Below are positions 40,255 through 49,168 of a stretch of 64,000 nucleotides of DNA, piece by piece. Each line of letters begins with the position of its first letter. The stretch's first letter is position 1. The notes beneath the pieces are model-generated. The model was not told the DNA's origin, made no database searches, and was given only the letters and a program-made list of their open reading frames with translations. A program made the translations under genes and the position numbers. The stretch comes from an uncultured virus (IMG/VR IMGVR_UViG_3300002835_000011) (lineage: Duplodnaviria > Heunggongvirae > Uroviricota > Caudoviricetes): the IMG/VR virus record IMGVR_UViG_3300002835_000011. One strand, given 5' to 3'.

Positions 40255-41133
40255 TTACTCGCTTTCATCATTACAAGCTATCGCATCACGTATCTGCTTA
40301 GCCATCTCGTAATTCTCATCCTCAACCGCTAACTTCTCCATCACGTTCAGTACCACTCTCGGGAAATCCTGAACGACTCCTTTTCGGTAAGCGACTGAAA
40401 TATATTTCTTCTCGTATTCTTCAAGCTCCTCTTCGCTCTCTGCTTCGATATCGTACATACGGTCAATGAAGTAATCCTCGTACCCTGTAATATCAGCGGC
40501 CATTTCATAAGCCTCTTCGGAACCATCCTCTGGGATGTTCTCGTCTATCACATCGCCGTTCTTCAAAGAATACTCTCCGACATTATGACCAAAATCCTCA
40601 TCGGCGAATCTCACATGAAATGTCGCATCCGGATACTTGGCGCTTAAAGCAACCATTACTGGATACGGATTACTCCACGCGGTCTGAAAGTAAATACCAT
40701 CGCCGTCATTCTCATTGGTGTCGTACGCATTCCATTTGGTACCCCAATTTGCGATACTCCAACTGTACCAATCCATGTGACCGTAATCCCTAATGTTATC
40801 CAAAGCTTTCTGCGCCTCTTCCAAATTAGCCGATCCCTTCTCCAACATGTGATCGACTAAATCATCCGGCGTGGCGAACTCCTGTGCCCAAGCGTATTCC
40901 ATGATCTGTCGGATCTCACTATCGTCACCAGCACGGTACTTTAAAATAGCAAGCCCGTTACTCGTACTACTCCCACTCGTGATATCCAAAGAATCTGGCC
41001 GAGGAATAATCTTATTGAAATCGATATGTCTGATATCACCCTCCTCGTCGACAGAAATAATATCACCCTTAATCTTTGCGACCAATTCAGGATCACCCTC
41101 GATGGTCAAAATGTTTGAAATGTGATTTGGCAT
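40255..41133 (-). CDS. DUF1281/YubB ferredoxin-like protein with C-terminal UVR motif
   Basis: MPNH..N, WY.W...NWGTKWNA, F.TAWS; AVEDENYEMAKQIRD. Confidence 0.85.
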   Translation of the reverse strand: MPNHISNILTIEGDPELVAKIKGDIISVDEEGDIRHIDFNKIIPRPDSLDITSGSSTSNGLAILKYRAGDDSEIRQIMEYAWAQEFATPDDLVDHMLEKGSANLEEAQKALDNIRDYGHMDWYSWSIANWGTKWNAYDTNENDGDGIYFQTAWSNPYPVMVALSAKYPDATFHVRFADEDFGHNVGEYSLKNGDVIDENIPEDGSEEAYEMAADITGYEDYFIDRMYDIEAESEEELEEYEKKYISVAYRKGVVQDFPRVVLNVMEKLAVEDENYEMAKQIRDAIACNDESE

Positions 41134-41184
41134 TTTTATTGGTTTTTACAAATGTAGAAATTTCTATTGAATTAAAAAAATGAT

Positions 41185-41715
41185 TTAGGAAGCTTTTGGG
41201 TCGTACTTAGATAATATCTTAAGCACACGGTCACGGTGTGAGCTCTCGTATAAAGAAAGGAAAGTCACCCACTGTGCAAACTCTACCTTTTCGACAAAAT
41301 CTAATTCGGGTGATTTCATCGGAGTAAACGCTCCTAGCGACATCTTAAGCTCTCGGAGGGATTTATTAGATATCTGGAGCAGCATAAATCCGTTAACACT
41401 TAAGCCCTCGGTTAGCTTCTCAAAGTTAACTGAGGAGCGTCCCTGTGCTTCTTTAACATCCGCTGTGATAAATTCTCCGGATCCGAGTGTGCCACCCATT
41501 TGTTGAAAAATCTTATTGTGGGCTCGGCTCATCTCTCCATAAACACTTTCGAGCTCACCTCTCATATGTTCAAAACGTGCATTGCTTTTCTCGAGCACGT
41601 CCATCATAATATTAAGCATGCGTCCCATGCGCTGGCTAACGTCGTTACCGTCGTAAAGCTCCTTGGCTATTTCACGGGATCTCTCCAACATCCCGGATTT
41701 TAACGATTCATTCAT
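41185..41715 (-). CDS. hypothetical protein
   Basis: ORF track; start MNESLK after promoter. Confidence 0.75.
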   Translation of the reverse strand: MNESLKSGMLERSREIAKELYDGNDVSQRMGRMLNIMMDVLEKSNARFEHMRGELESVYGEMSRAHNKIFQQMGGTLGSGEFITADVKEAQGRSSVNFEKLTEGLSVNGFMLLQISNKSLRELKMSLGAFTPMKSPELDFVEKVEFAQWVTFLSLYESSHRDRVLKILSKYDPKAS

Positions 41716-42068
41716 ATTCTTTAATTTGTGTAAAGATAGAAATTTCCATACAAATAAAAAAATGATTTCCAAAAAAATCCATTCCGTTGTCGGACTATTA
41801 TCTCCCTGGGGTTCCCCTGGGTACGAATCGCGGATTGGTGTCCGAAGAGTGTCCGATTCGTATTCCGATCGGGATTCCGCTTGGATTTTCTGGGATTTTT
41901 GTGGATGTCCGAATTTCTGCGCACAACAAAAAACCGAGTCCTTTCGGGACTCGGTCTTATGATAACCAATTAAAACCTAAATAATATGTGCAAAACAAAG
42001 AATTGTTTGACATCGCAAATATACGGTATGTAATCGGAATTAAAAAACAATTATCGGATAAATAACAT

Positions 42069-42518
42069 ATGAAACGCATTAAATCATTTGATTCCGTATC
42101 GGAATCCGTATCGGACTCGGATATATTCCGAACAAAGGTCTCCACCTACCGCAGGCAAAATCCCACTATGATAGAATTCTATAAAGAACCAAAGGAACTC
42201 TATATGGCAAACGTTGTGGACGGTGAAGCTGAATGGACGATAGATATCCAGGCAAGACGCTGGGGTATCGAAATAGGACCACAAGAAGCTAGACTAAAAT
42301 CCCTACGTCTTGAACTAGAGATAGACGACGAGGAGACAGGGGAAACACACGAAGACACCCTCGAACTCTCAGAGGATGACTTTAATCCAGAAAGATATGA
42401 GACTGAGATCAATCAGTTCCCTCTGGAGCTTGACACTATAGAGATCACAATGAACAACTCATTGAACCCTAAGGACTGGAATATCAAACTCGTGTTAGGA
42501 AAAATATCCGACTATTAG
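42069..42518 (+). CDS. acidic protein with head-protein-type leader; only plus-strand gene in the early array
   Basis: MKRIKSFDSVSES; GATAAATA upstream. Confidence 0.75.
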   Translation: MKRIKSFDSVSESVSDSDIFRTKVSTYRRQNPTMIEFYKEPKELYMANVVDGEAEWTIDIQARRWGIEIGPQEARLKSLRLELEIDDEETGETHEDTLELSEDDFNPERYETEINQFPLELDTIEITMNNSLNPKDWNIKLVLGKISDY

Positions 42519-42634
42519 AAAAATCCACCTCTCGCACGTGCATACCCGCAAGGGGTCCCAATTGGGGCTCCCCACAAAAAAGACCAGCCTAAGAGACCGG
42601 TCTTCTTTTTTTATAATCCCGAGGGGTATTGGGA

Positions 42635-43318
42635 TTAGTTGCTCATTTTAACTTCCATACCTTTATCGGTTACAGAGACTGTGATGTTGACACCATATTC
42701 TCTAACGACCTTAGCAAGTTCTGAAAGTTCGATATTTTGTTGCACTCCCATTCTGGTTGGTTCTTCAGTAGGGGTTGGCTTTGCAGCAAGCACATCTTCG
42801 ATAACTGCTTCCACCTCTGCACCTTCGTAAGGAGCCTCCATTTTTTTACGGATTCTCTTAATCCCAGTAGGCACGATGAAGCGTGTGTCCTCGTTGATAA
42901 AGCCGTTGTCAGTAAGATAGTTCTTACGACAGTAGATAGCAACTGAGGTTCTTCCTAGAAGTTCAACGGTCTCCTTAACAGTCATCTTGCTAAGTACCGC
43001 GTCTCTTAGTAGTTCATCCTCCGTCATTGACCATCTCTTATTAGAGCGGTTAAGTAGCTCAGAAGCTTTAGAAGTTCTAGGCTTACGATTCGGCTTCATC
43101 GGAGGAGCAGAGAAAACAATAGCATTGGTCTCCTCCTTAGTCACTCGATTCTCCTTTCTCAAATGAGTACCTCTCTTACGAACCTTGCTCCCTAACCATT
43201 GGCGAAGACTCTCTGGATTAACCCCGTTCTCCATCGCCGCTTGTCTTAAAGTTTTACCGTCTGCTACGTAAGACTTCATAGCAGCTACCTTTACATTTTT
43301 TGGAATCATTTTTCCCAT
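42635..43318 (-). CDS. DNA-binding protein with HTH and Myb/SANT-like domains
   Basis: TLRQAAMENGVNPESLRQW; RWSMTEDELL...LGRT..AI..R. Confidence 0.75.
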   Translation of the reverse strand: MGKMIPKNVKVAAMKSYVADGKTLRQAAMENGVNPESLRQWLGSKVRKRGTHLRKENRVTKEETNAIVFSAPPMKPNRKPRTSKASELLNRSNKRWSMTEDELLRDAVLSKMTVKETVELLGRTSVAIYCRKNYLTDNGFINEDTRFIVPTGIKRIRKKMEAPYEGAEVEAVIEDVLAAKPTPTEEPTRMGVQQNIELSELAKVVREYGVNITVSVTDKGMEVKMSN

Positions 43319-43337
43319 ATTATTTGATTTTAATTGT

Positions 43338-43724
43338 TTATAAATCCTCAACAAAAAACATAGCCATCGTAATGCGCTTACCATTACTTCGGGCTATACC
43401 TCTGGCAACACTCGCCATCTCTTTAGCTTTATCTCTCGGGCTCTTATCTGAATCCGCAGGGAGTACCTCAGAAGAAACTTTAACCTCGATCTTCTTACCC
43501 TCCTTAGTCTTCATCTTCACCTTCTTCTCCTTCACCTTCTTAGTAGTAGCCAATCCCATCGAACTCTTCTGATATAACACAGCCGCCGGGGTTCGCCCAA
43601 GAGCATCGGCTATCTCCTTGGTGGTCTTACCCTCCTTGAGCATCACCTTCAATTGCTTGCGATCATTCTTCGTCCATTGATAGTTATGATTGCCCGGAGA
43701 TTCTTTCTGTCTTTTAATAATCAT
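43338..43724 (-). CDS. Myb/HTH-like DNA-binding protein
   Basis: WT......L......GKTTKEIADALGRTPAAV. Confidence 0.75.
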   Translation of the reverse strand: MIIKRQKESPGNHNYQWTKNDRKQLKVMLKEGKTTKEIADALGRTPAAVLYQKSSMGLATTKKVKEKKVKMKTKEGKKIEVKVSSEVLPADSDKSPRDKAKEMASVARGIARSNGKRITMAMFFVEDL

Positions 43725-43799
43725 ATCTTTTTCTGTTTTTAACTTTTTTAATTTAATGCAAATTTAGCGGATCATTTCAGAACAAAAAAACGATTTCTT

Positions 43800-44730
43800 G
43801 AATTTCCTAATCCTTCTATCATAATTATAACAAAAGTTTATCCTAAAGTAAATCCCCCGCATCAAACTTTTTCTACTTAGAATCTCGGGGAACCTCCTGG
43901 TGCACCCGGGATTGCCCCGAACGCACACGCATACACGGGGGTTTCCAAGAGATTCCAAGAAATTCCCCAGGGATCCATTCAAGGATACCCAAGATATCTA
44001 AGAAAATCCCAGAAATCGCCCGCATACATCCGCGTGGGGACCCCCTGGGGGCCTTCCGAGGCGCACGTAGAAAGTGGGTTTAACCTTGCACACTTTGTGG
44101 TATATTCTACGGGACTTTCCCACGGGATGGACACGGGATCTATTGGGGATGTTTTAAGGGGATTATACTATGTGGGTTTTGTATGCCTTAGGTCTATCTA
44201 TATAGTATGCGTATACGGGTATGCGCGGGGTCTTCTATACGTCCCCTTTCTATGTTATAGGGATATGGGTATTGTATACTATAGGGGTAGGTGTCTATAC
44301 ATGTATGGGTGGATGCTTATATACTGTGATTACGTGTGTATCTTTATTTATTGATGTGTTTTTAATAGTTTGGAATATTGTTATGGGTATAGTGTATAGT
44401 ATAGGGGTAGGTACTAGTACATGTATAGGTGGATGTCTATGTGGTATAACATGTATGTGTATATGAGTGGTAATAGTGATGATAAGAGCGGGGGCGTGTT
44501 TGGGGGTTTTTCGTGTTTTGTCCCCCCCCATTTTTAGGGTAGAAAATTCTCGTTAAAAGGGTAGAAAAATCGGGGGGCAAATGGGGAAAATTCTATTCCT
44601 CGCTTTTTGGTGTGGTAGCTTAAGGTAATCGGGGCGAGCTGAGTAAAATGATGAAATGAGGCGAGAAACCGGGGCGAAACGGGGCAAGTTTATATGTGCC
44701 TGCCTCGGGGTAATGAGGCAATGCGAATAG
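43800..44730. other. about 0.9 kb non-coding divergence point; candidate replication origin or genome-end region
   Basis: genes diverge; + strand switches from C/A-rich to G/T-rich near 44.04 kb; direct repeats. Confidence 0.5.
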
Positions 44731-44744
44731 AGATATATAGTGTA

Positions 44745-45134
44745 ATGACACAGAAAGAATTTATCAAGGTATTAGACAAGAAAGGTTACTCCTACGAGAT
44801 TGAAGGAGATCGGATAGTTGTTACCCATGAAGGGGATGTTGATTTGGGATCACTGAAGAGTTTACCCTCTGGAGTTAATTTCAGGAATATAGGGTATGTC
44901 GATTTGGAATCACTAGAGAGTTTACATCCCAACTTGGAGTTTAGAAATGAAGGAGATGTCTTTTTGAAGTCGATAACGAGTATACCTCGTGGAGTTGTTT
45001 TTAGAAATGTATGGGGTGATGTCTTTCTATCAATAATAGAAGATTGGTTTAGCGATTGGGAAGGTAATATGGAAGGTATAGATAGCAAAAGATTACTGAA
45101 CTCGATGATAAATAAAGGAGTATTTGAAAGATGA
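44745..45134 (+). CDS. LRR-like array gene 1
   Basis: MTQKEFI N-cap, 20-aa repeats, LLN.MI.KGVFER C-cap; GATATATAG upstream. Confidence 0.85.
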   Translation: MTQKEFIKVLDKKGYSYEIEGDRIVVTHEGDVDLGSLKSLPSGVNFRNIGYVDLESLESLHPNLEFRNEGDVFLKSITSIPRGVVFRNVWGDVFLSIIEDWFSDWEGNMEGIDSKRLLNSMINKGVFER

Positions 45135-45760
45135 CTAGAGAAGCTTTTATAGAGGTATTAAAGAGGCAAGAATACCCCTACGAGATTCTAGGGAACAAGG
45201 TGGTTGTTACTTATAGAGGGAATCTCTATTTGGTGTCTCTTACTAGTATTCCTCCTAATGTGGTGTTTAGAAATACAGGGAATGTCGAATTGTATCGTCT
45301 CACTTCTCTTCCTCCTGGTGTGGAGTTTAGTAATGGAGGTGGTGTCTTTTTTAGTGATCTCACTTCTCTTCCTTCTGGTGTGGAGTTTAGAAATGGAGAG
45401 GGTGTCAGTTTGAATTCTCTCACTTCTCTTCCTCCTGGTGTGGTGTTCGAGAATGGAAGGGATGTCAGTTTGAGTTCTCTCACTTCTCTTCCTCCTGGTG
45501 TGGTGTTTAGAAATAGAGGGTATGTCAATTTGGGATCACTCACTTCTCTTCCTCCTGGTGTGGAGTTTAGAAATGGTGGTAATGTCTTTTTGGATTCTCT
45601 CACTTCTCTTCCTACTGGTGTGGTGTTTAAGAACGGAGGAGATATCAGATTAAAATCACTAACAGGTGGATATTTTACTAATTGGAAAGGTAATATAGAA
45701 GGCATAGACGAAAAGAGATTATTGAACAAGATGATTAAAGACGGAGTATTTGAAAGATGA
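45131..45760 (+). CDS. LRR-like array gene 2 (7 repeats)
   Basis: LTSLPPGVEFRNGG.V.L.S repeats. Confidence 0.9.
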   Translation: MTREAFIEVLKRQEYPYEILGNKVVVTYRGNLYLVSLTSIPPNVVFRNTGNVELYRLTSLPPGVEFSNGGGVFFSDLTSLPSGVEFRNGEGVSLNSLTSLPPGVVFENGRDVSLSSLTSLPPGVVFRNRGYVNLGSLTSLPPGVEFRNGGNVFLDSLTSLPTGVVFKNGGDIRLKSLTGGYFTNWKGNIEGIDEKRLLNKMIKDGVFER

Positions 45761-46152
45761 CACAGAAAGAATTTATCAGTATATTAGACAAGATAGAATA
45801 CTACCCCTACGAGATTCTAGGGAACAAGGTGGTTGTTACTCATGATAGGGATGTCGATTTGTTGAATGATCTTACTTCTCTTCCTCCTGATGTGGAGTTT
45901 AGAAATGAAGGTCATGTCTATTTGAGTAATCTCACTTCTCTTTCTCCTGGTGTTGTGTTTAAGAATGTAGGGTATGTCGATTTGGGGTCTCTCACTTCTC
46001 TTCCTCCTGGTGTGGTGTTCAATAATAGTGGGAGCGTCTATTTGGGATCTTTAATAGGTGGATATTTTGATGAAGAGGAAGAAGATATAGAAGGGATAGA
46101 TCCAAAGAGGCTATTGAATCTGATGATTAAACAAGGAGTATTTGAAAGATGA
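45757..46152 (+). CDS. LRR-like array gene 3
   Basis: same architecture, ATGA overlap. Confidence 0.9.
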   Translation: MTQKEFISILDKIEYYPYEILGNKVVVTHDRDVDLLNDLTSLPPDVEFRNEGHVYLSNLTSLSPGVVFKNVGYVDLGSLTSLPPGVVFNNSGSVYLGSLIGGYFDEEEEDIEGIDPKRLLNLMIKQGVFER

Positions 46153-46547
46153 CACAAGAAGAGTTTATCAAGGTATTAAAAGATGATAGAATTTACTACA
46201 AAATAGATGGTGATAATATTATAGTTACCAAGGGAGATGAACATGGGATATCTTTGAATATTCTAAAGAGTTTACCTCCTAATGTACATTTTAAGAATCC
46301 TGGTACGGTCGATTTAACTAGGGTGGAAACTATTCCACCTGGTACAGTGTTTAGTAATAGTGGGAATGTCAATTTGGCAGGGGTCCAAAGCATACCACGT
46401 AATAATGTGGAGTTCCGAAATGGAGGGTATATCTGGTTAATGTCTCTCATGACACTTAACACTGAAGAATTTGAAGGTAATATACCAGGTATAAATAATA
46501 AGAGATTACTGAACCTTATGATAAATAAAGGACTATTTGAAAGATGA
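46149..46547 (+). CDS. LRR-like array gene 4 (divergent)
   Basis: same caps. Confidence 0.85.
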   Translation: MTQEEFIKVLKDDRIYYKIDGDNIIVTKGDEHGISLNILKSLPPNVHFKNPGTVDLTRVETIPPGTVFSNSGNVNLAGVQSIPRNNVEFRNGGYIWLMSLMTLNTEEFEGNIPGINNKRLLNLMINKGLFER

Positions 46548-47056
46548 CACAATCACAAGAAAAATTTATAAAGAAATTAAAGAGAGAAGATTACTCCTAC
46601 GGGATAGAAGGAGATAAGGTGGTTGTTACTGATAGAAGGAGTGTCTCTATAAAATCACCTACTTCTCTTCCTCCTGGTGTGGTGTTTAAGAACAAAAGTT
46701 ATGTCGATTTGGAATCACTCACTTCTCTTCCCCCTGGTGTGGAATTTAAGAATGGAGGGAATGTCTATTTGAATTCTCTCACTTCTCTTCCTCCTGATGT
46801 TGAGTTTAAGAATGTAGGATATGTCTATTTGCAATCTCTCACTTCTCTTCCCCCTGGTGTGGAGTTTAGTAATGATGGGAATGTCAATTTGGGATCACTC
46901 ACTTCTATTTCTCCTGGTGTGGAGTTTAGAAATGGAGGTGATGTCTTTTTGGATTCTCTAATAGATGGATGGTTTAGTGAATGGGATGGTAATATAGAAG
47001 GGGTAGATAGTAATGGATTACTCAACCTTATGATTAAACAAGGGATGTTTATATGA
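46544..47056 (+). CDS. LRR-like array gene 5 (5 repeats)
   Basis: same architecture. Confidence 0.9.
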   Translation: MTQSQEKFIKKLKREDYSYGIEGDKVVVTDRRSVSIKSPTSLPPGVVFKNKSYVDLESLTSLPPGVEFKNGGNVYLNSLTSLPPDVEFKNVGYVYLQSLTSLPPGVEFSNDGNVNLGSLTSISPGVEFRNGGDVFLDSLIDGWFSEWDGNIEGVDSNGLLNLMIKQGMFI

Positions 47057-47499
47057 CTAGAGAAGAATTTATAGAGTATCTAGAAGAGCGTAAATACAAT
47101 TATAAGCTTACTGGTGATAAGATAGAGGTATTAGGTGTAGATAGAATAATATTAAGAAATGTACTTGACCTGCAGGGGGTAGATTATATTCCTAGTGGGG
47201 TGGTTTTTTCTAATAAAGGCGGAGTTAAAATGCTCGATCTTAGGGATGTACCAGCAGGAACAGAATTCAATAATAATGGACCAATATATCTAGGTAGATC
47301 TAGGGACGGCGGTATTAAGATCGATCCATCTGTTATCTTTAATAATCGATCAACTATTAATATTGGATATAGTGGACAAAGTGATAAATTTGCTATATCG
47401 ACTAAAGAGGATTATTTCACAGAAAGCGATATTGATATAGATAGAATAGATAAGAACATGCTATTTAAGCTAATGGTTAAGCAAGGGGTTTTTAAATAA
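47053..47499 (+). CDS. LRR-like array gene 6 (most divergent)
   Basis: MTREEFI...LMVKQGVFK. Confidence 0.85.
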   Translation: MTREEFIEYLEERKYNYKLTGDKIEVLGVDRIILRNVLDLQGVDYIPSGVVFSNKGGVKMLDLRDVPAGTEFNNNGPIYLGRSRDGGIKIDPSVIFNNRSTINIGYSGQSDKFAISTKEDYFTESDIDIDRIDKNMLFKLMVKQGVFK

Positions 47500-47541
47500 A
47501 TCATTTTTTACCACCAAAATAAATCACTAGATTTGCACAAG

Positions 47542-48297
47542 ATGAAGCATTTAAAAAATCAATTTAGAAGAACTATCCAATTGTACTCTCAATATAATAG
47601 TATTAGTGAGTCTGTTGAAAAGGAGGGGAGTATGCAGATCGATGGAATGGATATGGGAAACATAATTCCTGTGGACGTTACTGAATATGATTCAAGATGG
47701 GGAGATACCACACCTCATATGTGTTTTCTTTTCGGTGACGAGCGATTTAAGAACCGAATCATATTAATCCCTGGCCTTATCACATTTAAGACGTTTAAGG
47801 AGGCCGAAAGTGCCATTAAAACATATGCTAATTATCCTAAGGGTGATGTTCCTTTTACTAACGAGTGGAGACTTCCAGATTTAGAGGAGATGGAGAACAT
47901 ATACGATTTCTATGCTCAGGGAGGAATGGGAGATTACACAGAAATGCTGGATTTGTTTGGAGCGCTAGATTATGGCACTTCAGAGATAGAAGAGATAGCT
48001 GGATACAAACCAATCAAGGATAAAATATATTCATTGAATTTTAGAACCGGTAAGGTGAGGGCTAACTTCGAACATGAAGAAAAGCTTATAATCCTTATTA
48101 AAGAAGTATCTGACGAGGAGATATACAATATGGTAAACGATATCTACAAGAGAGTGCCTATTGTTCAATCCACATACATAATAGAGAGAGCTCAGAAAAT
48201 GTATCCCTCTATAGATTTTAGTAAGATCACAAACACTAAAGACTCCGACGATTTATTTAGAGGAGCAAACACCCTAAGAAAATTCGGATTTAATTAA
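47542..48297 (+). CDS. protein with Lcl/DUF1566-like segment and C-terminal GANTLRKFGF tag
   Basis: WRLPDLEE... Confidence 0.75.
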   Translation: MKHLKNQFRRTIQLYSQYNSISESVEKEGSMQIDGMDMGNIIPVDVTEYDSRWGDTTPHMCFLFGDERFKNRIILIPGLITFKTFKEAESAIKTYANYPKGDVPFTNEWRLPDLEEMENIYDFYAQGGMGDYTEMLDLFGALDYGTSEIEEIAGYKPIKDKIYSLNFRTGKVRANFEHEEKLIILIKEVSDEEIYNMVNDIYKRVPIVQSTYIIERAQKMYPSIDFSKITNTKDSDDLFRGANTLRKFGFN

Positions 48298-48384
48298 AAG
48301 TCCACGTTAATTGTTTCATTTTTTAAGAAAACGATTTTTTCTATGGATTTATTTCTCTACCTTTGCTCTGTAATTAAAAAAAAT

Positions 48385-49062
48385 ATGGGAAAATCACCAA
48401 AGGCAACAAGACTCATTTTCGGATTAGATGCACTTCTATTATCTAAGCAATTGGACTTTGTAAATGACGAGGATCCAAGGAATCAAAGAGCATCGGATCT
48501 TATAAAGAGAGCATCTATACTTTATATCCAGGGAGGCAGAAAATACGAGGATCTTATAAACGATGTGGGGGATAACGCTTTCGGAGAATACCAGGAATGG
48601 TACAAGAAAAACATTTTCGATGTGGTCAAAAATAGTCCAGAGCACTTAAGTCCAGATCGTGAAAATGTACCCTTCCCTAAGTACGATGTTAAAAAATACG
48701 AATTCGATAAATATTTCGATGGACTAAATAAGGAGGTCTTTGAGGAGCTACAAAAGATGGTAATGTTTCTATTCGATCCAAGATCCGAGGAAATACTAGA
48801 AAGAGAAAGCTCTGACGAGGATGAGGACTTTGTTAATCACACGAGACACTTCTCTGTTTTAGGACATAGCATATTAATAGCAACCCTCGAGGGTAAAGAA
48901 TTCTTAGATCGATTGGAAAAAATAATCCACAGATATGATGTAGGTAAAGAATTCGAAGAGGCTATAATGGGAGCAGCAGAAGGAAGAAGAAAAAATAAGG
49001 TCAATGAATCTATAACTGAAATAGCTTCAGATCTATTAAAAATGAAGCCATCTTATAACTAA
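48385..49062 (+). CDS. hypothetical protein
   Basis: ORF track; TAccTTTG promoter; terminator near 49107-49128. Confidence 0.8.
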   Translation: MGKSPKATRLIFGLDALLLSKQLDFVNDEDPRNQRASDLIKRASILYIQGGRKYEDLINDVGDNAFGEYQEWYKKNIFDVVKNSPEHLSPDRENVPFPKYDVKKYEFDKYFDGLNKEVFEELQKMVMFLFDPRSEEILERESSDEDEDFVNHTRHFSVLGHSILIATLEGKEFLDRLEKIIHRYDVGKEFEEAIMGAAEGRRKNKVNESITEIASDLLKMKPSYN

Positions 49063-49168
49063 AATATTGTCTCCGGACATGGGTGAGAAGCCCGATTTAC
49101 AGCTAGAGCCCCTTTTAGGGGCTTTTTTATTGGAATTTTTTTCCGAATTTTCTCTATAATAGGGATAG

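Larger units (their letters stand above)
10599..41819. repeat. recurrent 14-bp quasi-palindrome CTGGGGTTCC(T/C)CAG, about 20 or more copies
   Basis: copies at 10599, 11473, 11898, 12441, 14024, 15412, 15929, 18961, 19912, 21326, 22034, 23672, 25788, 30105, 38460, 41806; inverted at 27499 and 35552; all intergenic. Confidence 0.9.
10290..43800 (-). promoter_or_regulatory. about 40 or more copies of an early-type promoter AAATCATTTTT-N~18-TAnnTT(T/A)G followed by an AAYCAATTAAA leader
   Basis: on + strand reads (C/G/T)AAATATAGAAAATTCTA...AAAAAATGATT just upstream of most genes; -7 box matches Bacteroidota TAnnTTTG; plus-oriented copies near 47500, 51800, 57795, 59903. Confidence 0.85.
45239..46950 (+). 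repeat. 60-nt coding tandem repeat with core CTCACTTCTCTTCCTCCTGGTGTGG
   Basis: in register in consecutive 60-nt lines 45301-45601 and 46681-46921; also in gene 3. Confidence 0.92.

Noticed and set aside
10599..41819. CRISPR array built from the CTGGGGTTCC repeats
   Set aside because: Spacing is hundreds to thousands of bp with whole genes in between, the repeat is only about 14 bp, and no cas genes are seen.
43764..44531. ORFs called in the 44-kb block
   Set aside because: Low-complexity Y/V/C/G or H/T/P translations arise from skewed repeats, with no expression signals.
45239..46950. CRISPR-like 60-nt periodicity
   Set aside because: The repeats are in-frame coding units and the variable parts are homologous to each other.
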